Source: Nitrospira japonica (lineage in GTDB: Bacteria > Nitrospirota > Thermodesulfovibrionia > Thermodesulfovibrionales > SM23-35). Taken from it: DNA of 64,000 bases. The stretch spans positions 51,091-115,090 of the forward strand of contig DYFC01000032.1 of the NCBI GenBank assembly GCA_020725385.1. Reading direction: 5' to 3'. Under the pieces are notes generated by a model. The model had not been told where the DNA came from, did not search any database, and saw only the letters and a program-made list of their open reading frames with translations. Of this stretch, positions 37,060-46,844 are shown one piece after another (positions within the stretch are counted from its first letter, which is position 1; each line of letters begins with the position of its first letter). Both the position numbers and the translations under genes were made by a program.

Positions 37060-38762
37060 CTCATTACCAGAATATCAGGCTTGTTTTGTTTTTCTTCAAT
37101 TGGCACATTCAGATAAGAGAGTGCCTGATTTGCTATATCACGAAATACTGGAGCAGCAACTGTTCCACCATAAATCTGACCTTTGGGCTCATAAACTACG
37201 ACTATCATCGCTATTCGCGGGTTATTTGCCGGAACGAATCCCACGAAAGAACTTACATATTTTTCTTTTGAATATCTTTTTGTAACAGGATTAATCATTT
37301 GTGCGGTTCCTGTTTTGCCCGCGACATCATTGCCGTCTATAGATGCAAGAGTGCCTGTGCCACCTTCTTCGGTGACGCTTTTCAGAATTTCTCTGAAAGT
37401 TTCTGCTGTTTTACTGGATATTATGCGTATTTTTTCTGTGTCATTGAACGAAGCAATTATACGGCCTTCAGGAGATATAATTTCTTTGACCACATGTGGT
37501 GTTATAAGAAAGCCTCCATTTGCAACAGCAGAATATGCACGCAACATTTGTAATGGCGTAACAGCAACTTCCTGTCCGATAGGAATAGCGCCTATAGAAG
37601 TCGCAGACCATTTTTCAGGTGGACGAATCCAGCCCGATACTTCGCCGGGCAAGTCAATTCCTGTTTTTTCTCCGATGCCGAGTAGTTTTGCATATTTATA
37701 TAACCTTTCTTTTCCAAGTCTCATACCAACCATTATCGAACCAACATTGGACGATTTCTGGATAACTTCTTTGAATGTCAGGACTCCATATTTATGAACA
37801 TCCCTGATTGTCTTGCCACCAACTTCTATGCCACCTCTACTTACATCAAAAAGACTATTTGGTTTGACAATTTTTTCTTCTATAGCACCAACCCCAATCA
37901 CAATCTTAAAAGTCGAACCAGGTTCATAGCAGTCTGTAATTGCCCTGTTACGTCTTTCAGATGCATTTGCACTGCTTCCCTTATTCAGGTCATAGTCAGG
38001 CATATTTGCGAGAGCAAGAATTTCACCATTAAACGGATCCATCATTATTACAGAGCCTGCAACAGCCCTCCATTTAGACATTGCTTTATCAAGTTCTTTT
38101 TCGACTATACGTTGTAGAACCTCATCGATTGTCAAAATTATGTTATTTCCTTTTATTTCGGTATTGACGCCTGAAGAAAGAATTCTCCCTCCGGCATCTC
38201 TTTCTACAATCACTTTTCCACCGTTTGCTTTAAGATATTTATCATATTTAAGTTCTATTCCTTCCAGAGACTGATTGTCAACACCAACGAAACCGATAAC
38301 ATGGGATGCGAGATTAGATTTTGGATAATATCTTTTTGCCTCTGTTAAAAATCCGAGTCCATTTATTTTTAATTCCTTTATTTTTTCTGCTTTTTCAGGT
38401 TCGATTTTCCTTCCGAGCCAGACAAACCTTCCCTGTTCTGGTATTTTTGCTAAAATAGCTTCAGGCTTTTGGTTCATTAATGAAGCAAGAATTCCTAATT
38501 TTTCATTTTCACGTATAAAATTCTGTGGATCACAATAAACTGAATCAAAATCTAAGTTAAGGGCGAATTCTCTTCCGCGTCGATCTACGATAATTCCTCT
38601 CCTTGCCTGGATGTCCTCAACCTTAATGTATTGTTTCTTTGCGCTATTAGCAAGAATTTTATGGTCGAAAATCATTAAATCCACGAGACGAAATATAACT
38701 ATGAAAAAGCTAAAAATTATAACAGTATTGAGGATTACAGCCCTTTTTTTATTCAACCCCAC
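37056..38762 (-). CDS. ftsI: Penicillin-binding protein 3-type transpeptidase (FtsI)
   Basis: 568 aa. N-terminal TM segment, SxxK = STFK, SxN = SSN, KTG = KTGTA. GTG start is uncertain. Confidence 0.93.
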   Translation of the reverse strand: MGLNKKRAVILNTVIIFSFFIVIFRLVDLMIFDHKILANSAKKQYIKVEDIQARRGIIVDRRGREFALNLDFDSVYCDPQNFIRENEKLGILASLMNQKPEAILAKIPEQGRFVWLGRKIEPEKAEKIKELKINGLGFLTEAKRYYPKSNLASHVIGFVGVDNQSLEGIELKYDKYLKANGGKVIVERDAGGRILSSGVNTEIKGNNIILTIDEVLQRIVEKELDKAMSKWRAVAGSVIMMDPFNGEILALANMPDYDLNKGSSANASERRNRAITDCYEPGSTFKIVIGVGAIEEKIVKPNSLFDVSRGGIEVGGKTIRDVHKYGVLTFKEVIQKSSNVGSIMVGMRLGKERLYKYAKLLGIGEKTGIDLPGEVSGWIRPPEKWSATSIGAIPIGQEVAVTPLQMLRAYSAVANGGFLITPHVVKEIISPEGRIIASFNDTEKIRIISSKTAETFREILKSVTEEGGTGTLASIDGNDVAGKTGTAQMINPVTKRYSKEKYVSSFVGFVPANNPRIAMIVVVYEPKGQIYGGTVAAPVFRDIANQALSYLNVPIEEKQNKPDILVMR

Positions 38763-38771
38763 CTCACAATT

Positions 38772-39119
38772 TTAGGGCTCGTTCAGGTTTCTTTTCTCCA
38801 GAGAAGCCCTGTAAGGCATATATTTTTTATTCTTATCAATACTCATTACTTTGATTCTATCCGGTATGATGAAGCCTTCTTCAGAAGGTTGAGTTGTAGT
38901 AATTTTTGCGAAAGATAGAATATTCGTTCTTTCTGCAAGAAGAAGTTTTCTTTCCCTTAAAGCATTCGTCTTTTTATTTTCTAATTCACCAATGCTATAT
39001 TCAAGTTTGAGAAAATCGGAACGTAATTTAACTATACCAAACACACATAGTACGAGGAGAATTACAAGAAAACTTTTAAGCATAAAAGATAGGAATCCGG
39101 ATCTTTTTCTTCGCATCAT
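38772..39119 (-). CDS. ftsL: Cell division protein FtsL
   Basis: 115 aa. A single TM segment followed by a coiled-coil-like region. Position between rsmH and ftsI. Confidence 0.75.
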   Translation of the reverse strand: MMRRKRSGFLSFMLKSFLVILLVLCVFGIVKLRSDFLKLEYSIGELENKKTNALRERKLLLAERTNILSFAKITTTQPSEEGFIIPDRIKVMSIDKNKKYMPYRASLEKRNLNEP

Positions 39120-39991
39120 ATTTTCTCCGCAACCCTTAATTTTGCACTTCTTGAAGCAGGATTCATTTCAATTTCTTCTAAAGAAGCTGTTACGGGTTTT
39201 TTAGTTATTTTTCTAAAAGTTTCTTTTTTTACTTTATCTGCTATAAACTGTTTTACAATTCTGTCTTCGAGAGAATGATATGAAATTACACATAATCTAC
39301 CTGTTCTTTTCAGAAGACTCTCTGCAGCGCATAGGCCTGCATTTAAATTTTCGAGTTCTTTGTTTACTTCAATTCTTAAGGCCTGAAAAGTTTTCGTAGC
39401 AGGATGTATTTTCCCTCTTTTTCTATATACACTTTCCACAATTTTCGCGAGTTCCGCACATGTATCAATCGGACTTCTTTCTCTATTTTTTACTATTAAT
39501 CGTGCTATCTTGCGCGAATGTCTTTCTTCTCCATATTCCCAGAGAATCCTGCTTAAATCTTTTTCAGAATAATTATTAATTACATCCCATGCAGATAGTA
39601 TCTGTGTCATATCCATTCTCATATCCAGTTTTTCATCAGATGAAAAACTGAACCCCCTTTCAGCATCTTTCATCTGAATCATTGAAATACCGAGGTCAAA
39701 TAATATTCCATCAACTTCAGAGATGCCTTCTTCAAGAAGGATATTCCCCATATCTTTAAAATTCCCCCTTCTCAAAATGACCCTGCTGTCAGAAAATTTT
39801 TTAGCTGCAAATTCGATTGCTCTAATATCTTTATCTATGCCTATTAATTTTCCCTTGCTATTAAGATGCTTCAAAATAAGCTCTGAATGACCGCCGGGTC
39901 CTAATGTAGCATCAACATAAACTCCGTCTTTTTTAATTTTTAAAGCATCTAAAACTTCTCTATGCAAAACAGGAAAATGTACTTTCTCCAT
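39116..39991 (-). CDS. rsmH: 16S rRNA (cytosine1402-N4)-methyltransferase RsmH
   Basis: 291 aa. HFPVL, DATLGPGGHS, DLGISMIQ, ISYHSLEDRIVK. Confidence 0.96.
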   Translation of the reverse strand: MEKVHFPVLHREVLDALKIKKDGVYVDATLGPGGHSELILKHLNSKGKLIGIDKDIRAIEFAAKKFSDSRVILRRGNFKDMGNILLEEGISEVDGILFDLGISMIQMKDAERGFSFSSDEKLDMRMDMTQILSAWDVINNYSEKDLSRILWEYGEERHSRKIARLIVKNRERSPIDTCAELAKIVESVYRKRGKIHPATKTFQALRIEVNKELENLNAGLCAAESLLKRTGRLCVISYHSLEDRIVKQFIADKVKKETFRKITKKPVTASLEEIEMNPASRSAKLRVAEKI

Positions 39992-40002
39992 AAAAATAAT
40001 AT

Positions 40003-40467
40003 CTATATTTCATACGACGACAGCCTCTCTGCATATGCTTTCCAGTCAATTTTTGCAGGATCAAATGAATTGTTCCATGAATCTCTGTCCCATAGTTCTA
40101 TTTTTTCTATTTGACCTGCAATAACTACATCGGAATTCAGTCCTGCATCTTCACGTAAAGAAGCGGGAACCAAGATTCTTCCTTGTTTATCCATTTCTGT
40201 TTCAACTGCTGATGCGACAACTCTTCTTAAATAGTAACGTACTGCTTCATCAGAACGTGGTTTAGAACGGATATTTTCGAGGTGTTTGTTCCATTCCTCA
40301 AGTGGATAAATTAATAAACAGGCATCAAAAGGAGCATTTGTAATATATAATTTAGTGCTATAATTACTTGTAATAATTTCTCTGAAAGGAGCCGGTATAA
40401 TTAATCTGCCCTTTTGGTCTAATGTGTAATAATATTTTCCAGAGAAAGATGGCACTTTTCCCTCCAC
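40003..40467 (-). CDS. mraZ: Transcriptional regulator MraZ
   Basis: 154 aa. Two DxxGR motifs (LDQKGRLIIP, MDKQGRILVP). GTG start. Confidence 0.93.
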   Translation of the reverse strand: MEGKVPSFSGKYYYTLDQKGRLIIPAPFREIITSNYSTKLYITNAPFDACLLIYPLEEWNKHLENIRSKPRSDEAVRYYLRRVVASAVETEMDKQGRILVPASLREDAGLNSDVVIAGQIEKIELWDRDSWNNSFDPAKIDWKAYAERLSSYEI

Positions 40468-40490
40468 TTTTTACCACTTTCTACCACTAA
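40464..40490 (-). promoter_or_regulatory. Three phased direct repeats, candidate MraZ operator boxes
   Basis: The minus strand reads tTAGTGGTagaAAGTGGTaaaAAGTGGAg. The core AGTGG recurs at an exact 10-bp period (plus-strand ccact at 40464, 40474, 40484), between the putative -10 and the mraZ start. Confidence 0.55.
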
Positions 40491-40519
40491 ATAATAATTT
40501 GATATAGAAATATTGTCAA
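40491..40519 (-). promoter_or_regulatory. Candidate dcw (mraZ) promoter
   Basis: On the minus strand: TTGACA (40514-40519), 17-nt spacer, TATTAT (40491-40496). Confidence 0.5.
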
Positions 40520-40829
40520 GTAAAAAAATCATATTCCTATATTATGTATATGTTTATACCTATAACTACAATATGTTGGATATGTATATATAAATTAGAC
40601 CAAAGAAATAAAATTGAGATTAGGTTGTGTAATGGTAATCTTTATTATGTTATTTTTTAACTTGTTTCTGAGGCAGCTGACATAACAAAATGCAAATGTG
40701 AAACAGTTCAAACTGTCCAAAAAGTTTTTATAGGTTTAATTAAAAACGTGAAATACAGGATTCCTCACATTTATTTGAAATGGCAGAAAAACTGTTCATA
40801 CTTTACGTTTTCTATACTATTTACTTTTC

Positions 40830-40899
40830 GCTCTTTGTTCTATGCTCTCTGCTCTTCGCTATTTGCTCTTTGCTATTTGCTTGTTAGCTTGACTTCTTG
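40830..40899. repeat. Heptad array, GCTMTTT-type x10
   Basis: gctcttt gttctat gctctct gctcttc gctattt gctcttt gctattt gcttgtt agcttga cttcttg. The gctcttt word is close to, but not the exact complement of, the gcaaaga word at 9061-9095 (whose reverse complement is tctttgc). Confidence 0.75.
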
Positions 40900-40935
40900 G
40901 AATTTTTGCATCTTATTTTTCATATAATTTTTGTC

Positions 40936-40963
40936 TTGACAAAAAGATTTCTTACTTGATACT
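40936..40963 (+). promoter_or_regulatory. Candidate promoter for hup
   Basis: TTGACA (40936-40941), 16-nt spacer, GATACT (40958-40963), about 60 nt upstream of the hup ATG, which has a GAGGGGGG SD. Confidence 0.4.
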
Positions 40964-41023
40964 GTTATTTCAGGCTTTATTTTCCATTTATTAAAATCCA
41001 AAAACAAAGAGGGGGGTGATTAG

Positions 41024-41296
41024 ATGACAAAAGCTGAGTTAATCGACAAAATCGCAACGAGTACAGGTTTAACCAAAGCTGTTGCATCAAGGGCACTTGA
41101 AGCTACTTTAAATTCAATAAGAACTGCACTCAAAAAAGGACAAAAAGTTACTCTTATAGGTTTTGGCACTTTTTCAGTCACAAAAAGAAAATCCAGAAAA
41201 GGCCGCAATCCTCGTACCGGCGCTATTATTACAATTCCTGCTGCTAAGATACCAAAGTTTACAGCCGGAAAAGCTCTCAAAGACGCAATTAAATAA
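41024..41296 (+). CDS. hup: DNA-binding protein HU
   Basis: 90 aa. MTKAELIDKIA..., GFGTFSVTKRKSRKGRNPRTGAIITIPAAKIPKFTAGKALKDAI. Confidence 0.96.
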   Translation: MTKAELIDKIATSTGLTKAVASRALEATLNSIRTALKKGQKVTLIGFGTFSVTKRKSRKGRNPRTGAIITIPAAKIPKFTAGKALKDAIK

Positions 41297-41312
41297 TCAT
41301 ATTTATAATAAA

Positions 41313-41342
41313 TTAAAGGGGCAAATTGAATTGCCCCTTTAA
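41313..41342 (+). terminator. Hairpin terminator after hup
   Basis: ttaaaggggcaa-attgaa-ttgcccctttaa, a 12-bp perfect stem, followed by T-rich tggaatttctttc. Confidence 0.6.
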
Positions 41343-41384
41343 TGGAATTTCTTTCATTAATCTATTTTTACAAAGGAGGTATTT

Positions 41385-41690
41385 ATGTTAGCGGAATTTA
41401 GTATAGTTCCGGTAGGCTCTGGTAGTAGTATTGGAACAAGACTTGCTGAAGTCCTTGATATTGTTGATTCAAGCGGAATACCATATAAAATCAATCCTAT
41501 GGGTACTGTAGTTGAAGGTGAGTGGGATGATATTATGAAACTGATAAAAAAGTGTCACAAAACTGTAATGAAATCTGAAGAAAGAGCAGTAACAACTATT
41601 ACAATTGATGATCGTAAAGGAAAACCAAACAGGATAGAAGAAAAAGTAAAATCTATTGAGAAGAGGCTCGGTAAATCCCTCAAAAAGTAA
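41385..41690 (+). CDS. MTH1187/YkoF-family (DUF77) thiamine-binding-like protein
   Basis: 101 aa. MLAEFSIVPVGSGSSIG...INPMGTVVEGEWDDIM. Confidence 0.8.
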   Translation: MLAEFSIVPVGSGSSIGTRLAEVLDIVDSSGIPYKINPMGTVVEGEWDDIMKLIKKCHKTVMKSEERAVTTITIDDRKGKPNRIEEKVKSIEKRLGKSLKK

Positions 41691-41699
41691 GGAGGTCTT

Positions 41700-42797
41700 A
41701 TGTCTTCAAAAATAACCATTTCTGTGATCAAAGCCGATGTTGGTGGTTATGTAGGACACTCGAGTATTCATAATGATATAATCCAGACAGCAAAGGAAAA
41801 ATTGAATAATGCTATAGAACAGGATATCCTTATAGATTTTCATGTAACCCGGTGTGGAGATGATCTCGAGCTAATAATGACTCACAAATACGGAACAGAT
41901 GCTCAGAATATTCATAAACTCGCATGGAATACATTTGTTGCATGTACTGAAGTTGCGAAAGATTTAAAATTATATGGTGCCGGACAGGATCTTCTTTCAG
42001 ATGCTTTTACAGGAACAGTGAAAGGCATGGGTCCTGGAGTTGCAGAAATGGAATTTGAAGAAAGAAAAAGCGAGCCGATAATTATTTTTATGGCAGACAA
42101 AACTTCTCCGGGAGCATGGAATCTTCCTTTATATAAAATATTTGCAGACCCTTTCAATACAGCAGGACTTGTAATAGACACTGCAATGCATGAAGGCTTT
42201 ATATTCGAAGTTCTTGACGTTTATAAACGCAGGAAAATAACTTTTAGTTGCCCGGAAGAATTATACAATCTATTAATGTTTATAGGTGCCCTACGAAGAT
42301 TTATGATTAAAAGTGTTTACAGAAAAGATGGTGTGATTGCAGCTACAGCATCCACTCAAAAGCTCAGTCTTATTGCAGGCAAATACGTGGGCAAAGATGA
42401 TCCTGTATTGATCGTTCGTTGTCAGTCAGGTCTTCCTGCGATTGGCGAGGTTCTTGAACCATTTGCATTTCCGCATACAGTCGAGGGATGGATGCGGGGT
42501 TCACACAGAGGCCCGTTAATGCCGGTTGCCTTTTATGAAGCAAATCCTTCAAGATTTGATGGACCGCCAAGAGTTATCGCAGCAGGTTTCCAGTTATGTA
42601 ACGGGAAACTCATAGGGCCAAGAGATCTTTTTGATGACCCTGCATTTGATGAAGCAAGAAGAAAAGCAAATGAAATTGCAAATTATTATAGACAGCATGG
42701 ATCATTTGAACCTCATAGACTCGGACTTGAAGATCTTGAATATACTACAATGGATAAACTTATGAAAAATCTCGAAAGCAGATTTATTCCTGAATAA
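41700..42797 (+). CDS. fbp: Bifunctional fructose-1,6-bisphosphate aldolase/phosphatase (class V FBPase)
   Basis: 365 aa. ITISVIKADVGGYVGHSS..., size and C-terminal pattern are typical of the archaeal/deep-bacterial FBP aldolase/phosphatase. Confidence 0.9.
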   Translation: MSSKITISVIKADVGGYVGHSSIHNDIIQTAKEKLNNAIEQDILIDFHVTRCGDDLELIMTHKYGTDAQNIHKLAWNTFVACTEVAKDLKLYGAGQDLLSDAFTGTVKGMGPGVAEMEFEERKSEPIIIFMADKTSPGAWNLPLYKIFADPFNTAGLVIDTAMHEGFIFEVLDVYKRRKITFSCPEELYNLLMFIGALRRFMIKSVYRKDGVIAATASTQKLSLIAGKYVGKDDPVLIVRCQSGLPAIGEVLEPFAFPHTVEGWMRGSHRGPLMPVAFYEANPSRFDGPPRVIAAGFQLCNGKLIGPRDLFDDPAFDEARRKANEIANYYRQHGSFEPHRLGLEDLEYTTMDKLMKNLESRFIPE

Positions 42798-45390
42798 TTC
42801 TTTTTACGAATTCTTCTTCATCCATGCGTGTTTTTAATTTACCCTTAAGTTTTTCTTCTAACAATTGATTCAATATTTTTGAGTATATAGGACCTGGTTT
42901 TATCCCCAAGTTTTTCAGGTCATTGCCATTTAAAATTGTTTTAATATTTCTTAATTCTGTAAGATATCTTGAAATAATTTTTTGCTTTTTTCTATCTCTA
43001 CAAATTGCCATAAGATATAATATGATTTCTATGCTTAGATGTTTAAAGCAATTATAAATTTCAACAGGGTCATCGGAAGGGAATTTCTTCAAAATTTCTC
43101 TTGCATTGTTAATGCCTTTAATTATTAACTCCTTTATTTTTGAAGGTGGAGAAAGTCTCTCGATAGACGCTTCCAATTCTTCATTTGTAAGTCTTGAAAG
43201 CAAAACCATTAAATATAGCAAACTACTATCAGGTTTTTCATCAAGAAAAAGAAGTTTGAACCATGCTAAAGTTTCCTGAAGGGACTTTAACAGAGCTTCA
43301 AGTTCTTCATTGAATATTAGACGATTATGTATAACTTTCAAAAGCCCGTAGTCAGAGAGTTTCTTCAAAGTATTCACAGGTTCGGTCTCTTTAAAAGAAA
43401 GCAAAAGTTCTTCATAAATTCTTGGACCTGAAAGCATATTGAAAAGATTCATCTCAAGAGCAGACTTAATCAGGTTTTCGGTATGCTTACTAATTTTGAA
43501 ACCAAATCTTTGTGCAAATCTCACAGCTCTAAAAGCCCTTGTTGGATCCTCAATAAAACTCAGGTTATGTAGCACACGAATAGTTTTTTCTCTTAGATCT
43601 CTCTGACCACCAAAAAAATCTATTAATATCCCGAAATCTTTTGAATTAAGTTTAATGGCAAGCGTATTGATAGTAAAGTCTCTTCTATATAGATCTTTTT
43701 TTATTGAAGATGTTTCGACTTTTGGGAGTGCTGCGGGTGATTCATAATACTCGGTTCTTGCAGTAGCGACATCAAGTTTAAGCGCACTTGTGAATACCTG
43801 AGCGGTTCCGAATTTTTCATGCGTTCTAACTTTTGCTCCGAGAATTTCACCAAGTTTTTTTGCAAAAGCTATACCATCACCTTCAATAACAATATCAATA
43901 TCGAGATTTTCTTCTCCCCTGAGCATGTCCCTGACCGAGCCTCCAACAAGATAGGCATTATAACGCAATTCATCGGCAACCTGTCCCGATAGTTTTAATA
44001 AATTATATATTTCTGACGGAAATTTTTCTTTTAACCATGAAGATAAATTCCTGCCCATAGTTGGCTTCTCTTTAGTAATCGTTTCCTCTATTTTCCTCCT
44101 CCTTAGAAATTCTTCGTAAAGAGTCCGAAGAAGATCGGTTCTTGTTATAGCACCTACAATTTTTTCTTTTTCTATAACAGGCATAAATCTCTGGTTCTGT
44201 TCAATCATTAGTGTTTCAATTTCTCTAATTGGAGTTCCGGGCTCCACTGTCATTGCATCTGTTGTTGAAAAATCAATGGCTTTGCTTTTTCCAAAACCAT
44301 GAAATAATGCTTTTTCGACTATTTCACGCGCGATAAGGCCGGTATACTTACCTTCCTTAAGTATAGGAAGAACATTAACTCCATATCTTGTCATTACAGA
44401 CTCTGCTTCTTTAATAGTCATATCATAAGGGATAGTTATGACAGGTCTTGTCATTATATCAGAAGCAACTTTTCCTGGTTGAACAGAAGCATTTAGAATA
44501 TTTAGTATGCGTTCTTCAATAATCTCAAGAGAGGCTTCTTTAATGGTTGCAGATGCAGCGGTCGGGTGACCGCCTCCGCCAAATTCTGCCATAATAGAAG
44601 CCACATTCAATTCCGGTACCCTGCTTCTTCCGACAACAAGAATTTTGCCTTCCATACTTAGAATAACGATTACTGCATCAATATCTTCCATATCCATTAT
44701 CCTGTGTGCAAGATGGGCTGCATCACCTATGTAAAATTCCCTTGCTGCTTTTGCTATTTTTATTCTGATTCCTTTTATCACAATATCCTTTGATGACTGT
44801 AAAAGTTCATTCAATATATCAAGTTCTTCGGTGCTTAATTCCATCTTTAAAAAATTCGCGGCTATATTTAAATTTGCCCCTCTTTTAAGAAGATAAGCTG
44901 CGGCAAGCATGTCACGTTCTGTTGTTGAAGGAAATAACATACAGCCTGTTTCTTCATATATTCCCATAACAAGTATTGTTGCTTCCATAGGTGTAGGGTG
45001 AAGCCTTTTGTTTTTTAATATTTCAGTGAAAATTGTAGCTGTCGCTCCAACAAGTTCAATCTTTTCAAGTTCACCCCTTATATCCCCTTTTGCAAATGGA
45101 TGATGGTCATAAATATGAATTTTTATTTTTTTATTTTGAATCAATTCCGCAAAAGGACCTATTCTAGAAGGTGTTTTTGTATCAACAAGTATAAGCCGGG
45201 TTATTTTTGAAGCATCAATATCTTTTATCCTTTTTATCTGAACAGGCTGAAAAGCTTCAAGGAAATCCCTGAGTTTCTTTTCCTGAGAGCCAGGAAAAAC
45301 AATCTCAGCGTCAGGATAAATTTTTTTTGCTGCAACCATTGATGCCAAAGCATCAAAGTCAGCATTCATATGTGAAGTTATAATATCCAA
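42784..45390 (-). CDS. Fusion protein: DHH/DHHA1 phosphoesterase + CBS pair + poly(A) polymerase/CCA-adding-type nucleotidyltransferase
   Basis: 868 aa. DHH motifs ADFDAL, LVDT, YDHHP. DHHA1 motif GGGHPTAASA. Two CBS-like segments. Nucleotidyltransferase head GGSVRDMLRG..DIDIV and RDFTINTLA. Confidence 0.85.
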   Translation of the reverse strand: MDIITSHMNADFDALASMVAAKKIYPDAEIVFPGSQEKKLRDFLEAFQPVQIKRIKDIDASKITRLILVDTKTPSRIGPFAELIQNKKIKIHIYDHHPFAKGDIRGELEKIELVGATATIFTEILKNKRLHPTPMEATILVMGIYEETGCMLFPSTTERDMLAAAYLLKRGANLNIAANFLKMELSTEELDILNELLQSSKDIVIKGIRIKIAKAAREFYIGDAAHLAHRIMDMEDIDAVIVILSMEGKILVVGRSRVPELNVASIMAEFGGGGHPTAASATIKEASLEIIEERILNILNASVQPGKVASDIMTRPVITIPYDMTIKEAESVMTRYGVNVLPILKEGKYTGLIAREIVEKALFHGFGKSKAIDFSTTDAMTVEPGTPIREIETLMIEQNQRFMPVIEKEKIVGAITRTDLLRTLYEEFLRRRKIEETITKEKPTMGRNLSSWLKEKFPSEIYNLLKLSGQVADELRYNAYLVGGSVRDMLRGEENLDIDIVIEGDGIAFAKKLGEILGAKVRTHEKFGTAQVFTSALKLDVATARTEYYESPAALPKVETSSIKKDLYRRDFTINTLAIKLNSKDFGILIDFFGGQRDLREKTIRVLHNLSFIEDPTRAFRAVRFAQRFGFKISKHTENLIKSALEMNLFNMLSGPRIYEELLLSFKETEPVNTLKKLSDYGLLKVIHNRLIFNEELEALLKSLQETLAWFKLLFLDEKPDSSLLYLMVLLSRLTNEELEASIERLSPPSKIKELIIKGINNAREILKKFPSDDPVEIYNCFKHLSIEIILYLMAICRDRKKQKIISRYLTELRNIKTILNGNDLKNLGIKPGPIYSKILNQLLEEKLKGKLKTRMDEEEFVKRIIQE

Positions 45391-45391
45391 T

Positions 45392-46801
45392 TCAGGAAGG
45401 TTTTATAACTACTCTGTCCCGGCCTTCATTCTTGGCAGCAAACATCGCATTGTCAGCTATATTAATAAGATCATCGTAATTTCTAACTTTTTTATTAGTG
45501 CTACAGGCTATCCCGATGCTTACAGTAATATTTATCTTTTTCTTTAATGCATCAAAACGGTGATTCCTTACGATATTTCTGAGTCTCTCAGCCTCAATAA
45601 AAGCTCCTTTTTCATTTGTCTGGGGTAAAAGTAGAATGAATTCTTCACCGCCATATCTCGCAAATATATCAGACCTTCTTGTATGCATTTTCACAAGCTG
45701 GGCAAATTCCCGCAAAACAATATCGCCTACTCTATGCCCGAATGTATCATTTATTTTTTTAAAATAGTCTATATCAAACATCATGCAACTTAATGGTAAA
45801 TGATACCTTTCGGATCTACTGAATTCCTCTTCAATTCTATTATAAAAATATCTGATATTATATATTCCTGTTAAATAATCTGTAATTGCAAATCTTTCGA
45901 GTTTCGATTTCTCAAGATTAAGATTTTCATAAAGAAAAGCATTATAAAGTGGGTTTGCAGAAGCATTTGCGAGTGCAAGACACATTTTTATTTCTTTATC
46001 GGTGAAAGTATGTTTTTTCCTTGAAGTTCTTAGAAGAAGGGTACCAATTATTTCATCATAAAAAATTACAGGAATTACAACTATTGAGCGGATACCTACA
46101 GTTTTTATAATATCCTGCACTTCTTTCATTAAAGGATCTTTTGATGCATCTTTTACAACGATCATCTCCCTTGAATTAAGAACCTTTCTTATCTCAGGAT
46201 ATTTTCTTAAATCAATTCTTATATTGGTGATTTTTGGATCTTCATAAGTAGAGATAACATCGGCATATTGAGGATCGGATGAATTAATACTTAGAATTGA
46301 ACATCTATCAACTTTTATAATCTCGGCAAGTTTCCTTACAATTAAATATAAAACCTCACGCGGGTCGAGCGTGGATGAAAATAAAGTTGCAAGTTCAACT
46401 ACTGCATGATGATTTTTACCGCATTCATAAAGACTCTCAATCCATTTTTTACCTGTGGTAACAACCTTAAGTTTGCTATTTAAATCATCTTTATGGAAGG
46501 GGCTTATAAGATAACATTCAGCATCGGATTTAACTACTTTATGAATACCCTGTGTTATATTTTTTGAAATTAAAGCCAGAATAGGAACTGATAATGGCAT
46601 TGAATCCAGATCATCTAATCCATCAGGACTATCTGTCAAAATAGCATCTATTTTTTTTGTGGAAGATAACTCTCTCTTTAATGAGGTCGAGCTTTTAATA
46701 AATTTTGCTTTATAGTCCTGATTGTTTTTAAAGAAAGATTTTAAAAATGTATTTACTTCTTTATCATTGCTGTATATTAAAACTTCTTTTTTATTTCCCA
46801 T
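45392..46801 (-). CDS. Diguanylate cyclase: degenerate receiver-like N-terminus + GAF + GGDEF
   Basis: 469 aa. Active-site GGEEF with an RxxD I-site (RRSD) 5 residues upstream. The N-terminus resembles REC but has ND for the acidic pair and SPF for KP. Confidence 0.85.
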   Translation of the reverse strand: MGNKKEVLIYSNDKEVNTFLKSFFKNNQDYKAKFIKSSTSLKRELSSTKKIDAILTDSPDGLDDLDSMPLSVPILALISKNITQGIHKVVKSDAECYLISPFHKDDLNSKLKVVTTGKKWIESLYECGKNHHAVVELATLFSSTLDPREVLYLIVRKLAEIIKVDRCSILSINSSDPQYADVISTYEDPKITNIRIDLRKYPEIRKVLNSREMIVVKDASKDPLMKEVQDIIKTVGIRSIVVIPVIFYDEIIGTLLLRTSRKKHTFTDKEIKMCLALANASANPLYNAFLYENLNLEKSKLERFAITDYLTGIYNIRYFYNRIEEEFSRSERYHLPLSCMMFDIDYFKKINDTFGHRVGDIVLREFAQLVKMHTRRSDIFARYGGEEFILLLPQTNEKGAFIEAERLRNIVRNHRFDALKKKINITVSIGIACSTNKKVRNYDDLINIADNAMFAAKNEGRDRVVIKPS

Positions 46802-46844
46802 GTTTAAATTATTGCAAAAAATATGATTATTGTCTAATAAAAAA

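Noticed and set aside
37315-37797. Long antisense or alternative-frame ORFs inside conserved genes, e.g. 37315-37797 in ftsI, 8284-8781 in rho, 27351-27761 in murC, 54442-54876 in gspD, 29235-29627 in ftsW and 3760-3963 in the 4HB gene.
   Set aside because: Each is fully embedded in a gene with clear family motifs on the other frame or strand. Their composition is typical of shadow ORFs in AT-rich DNA.
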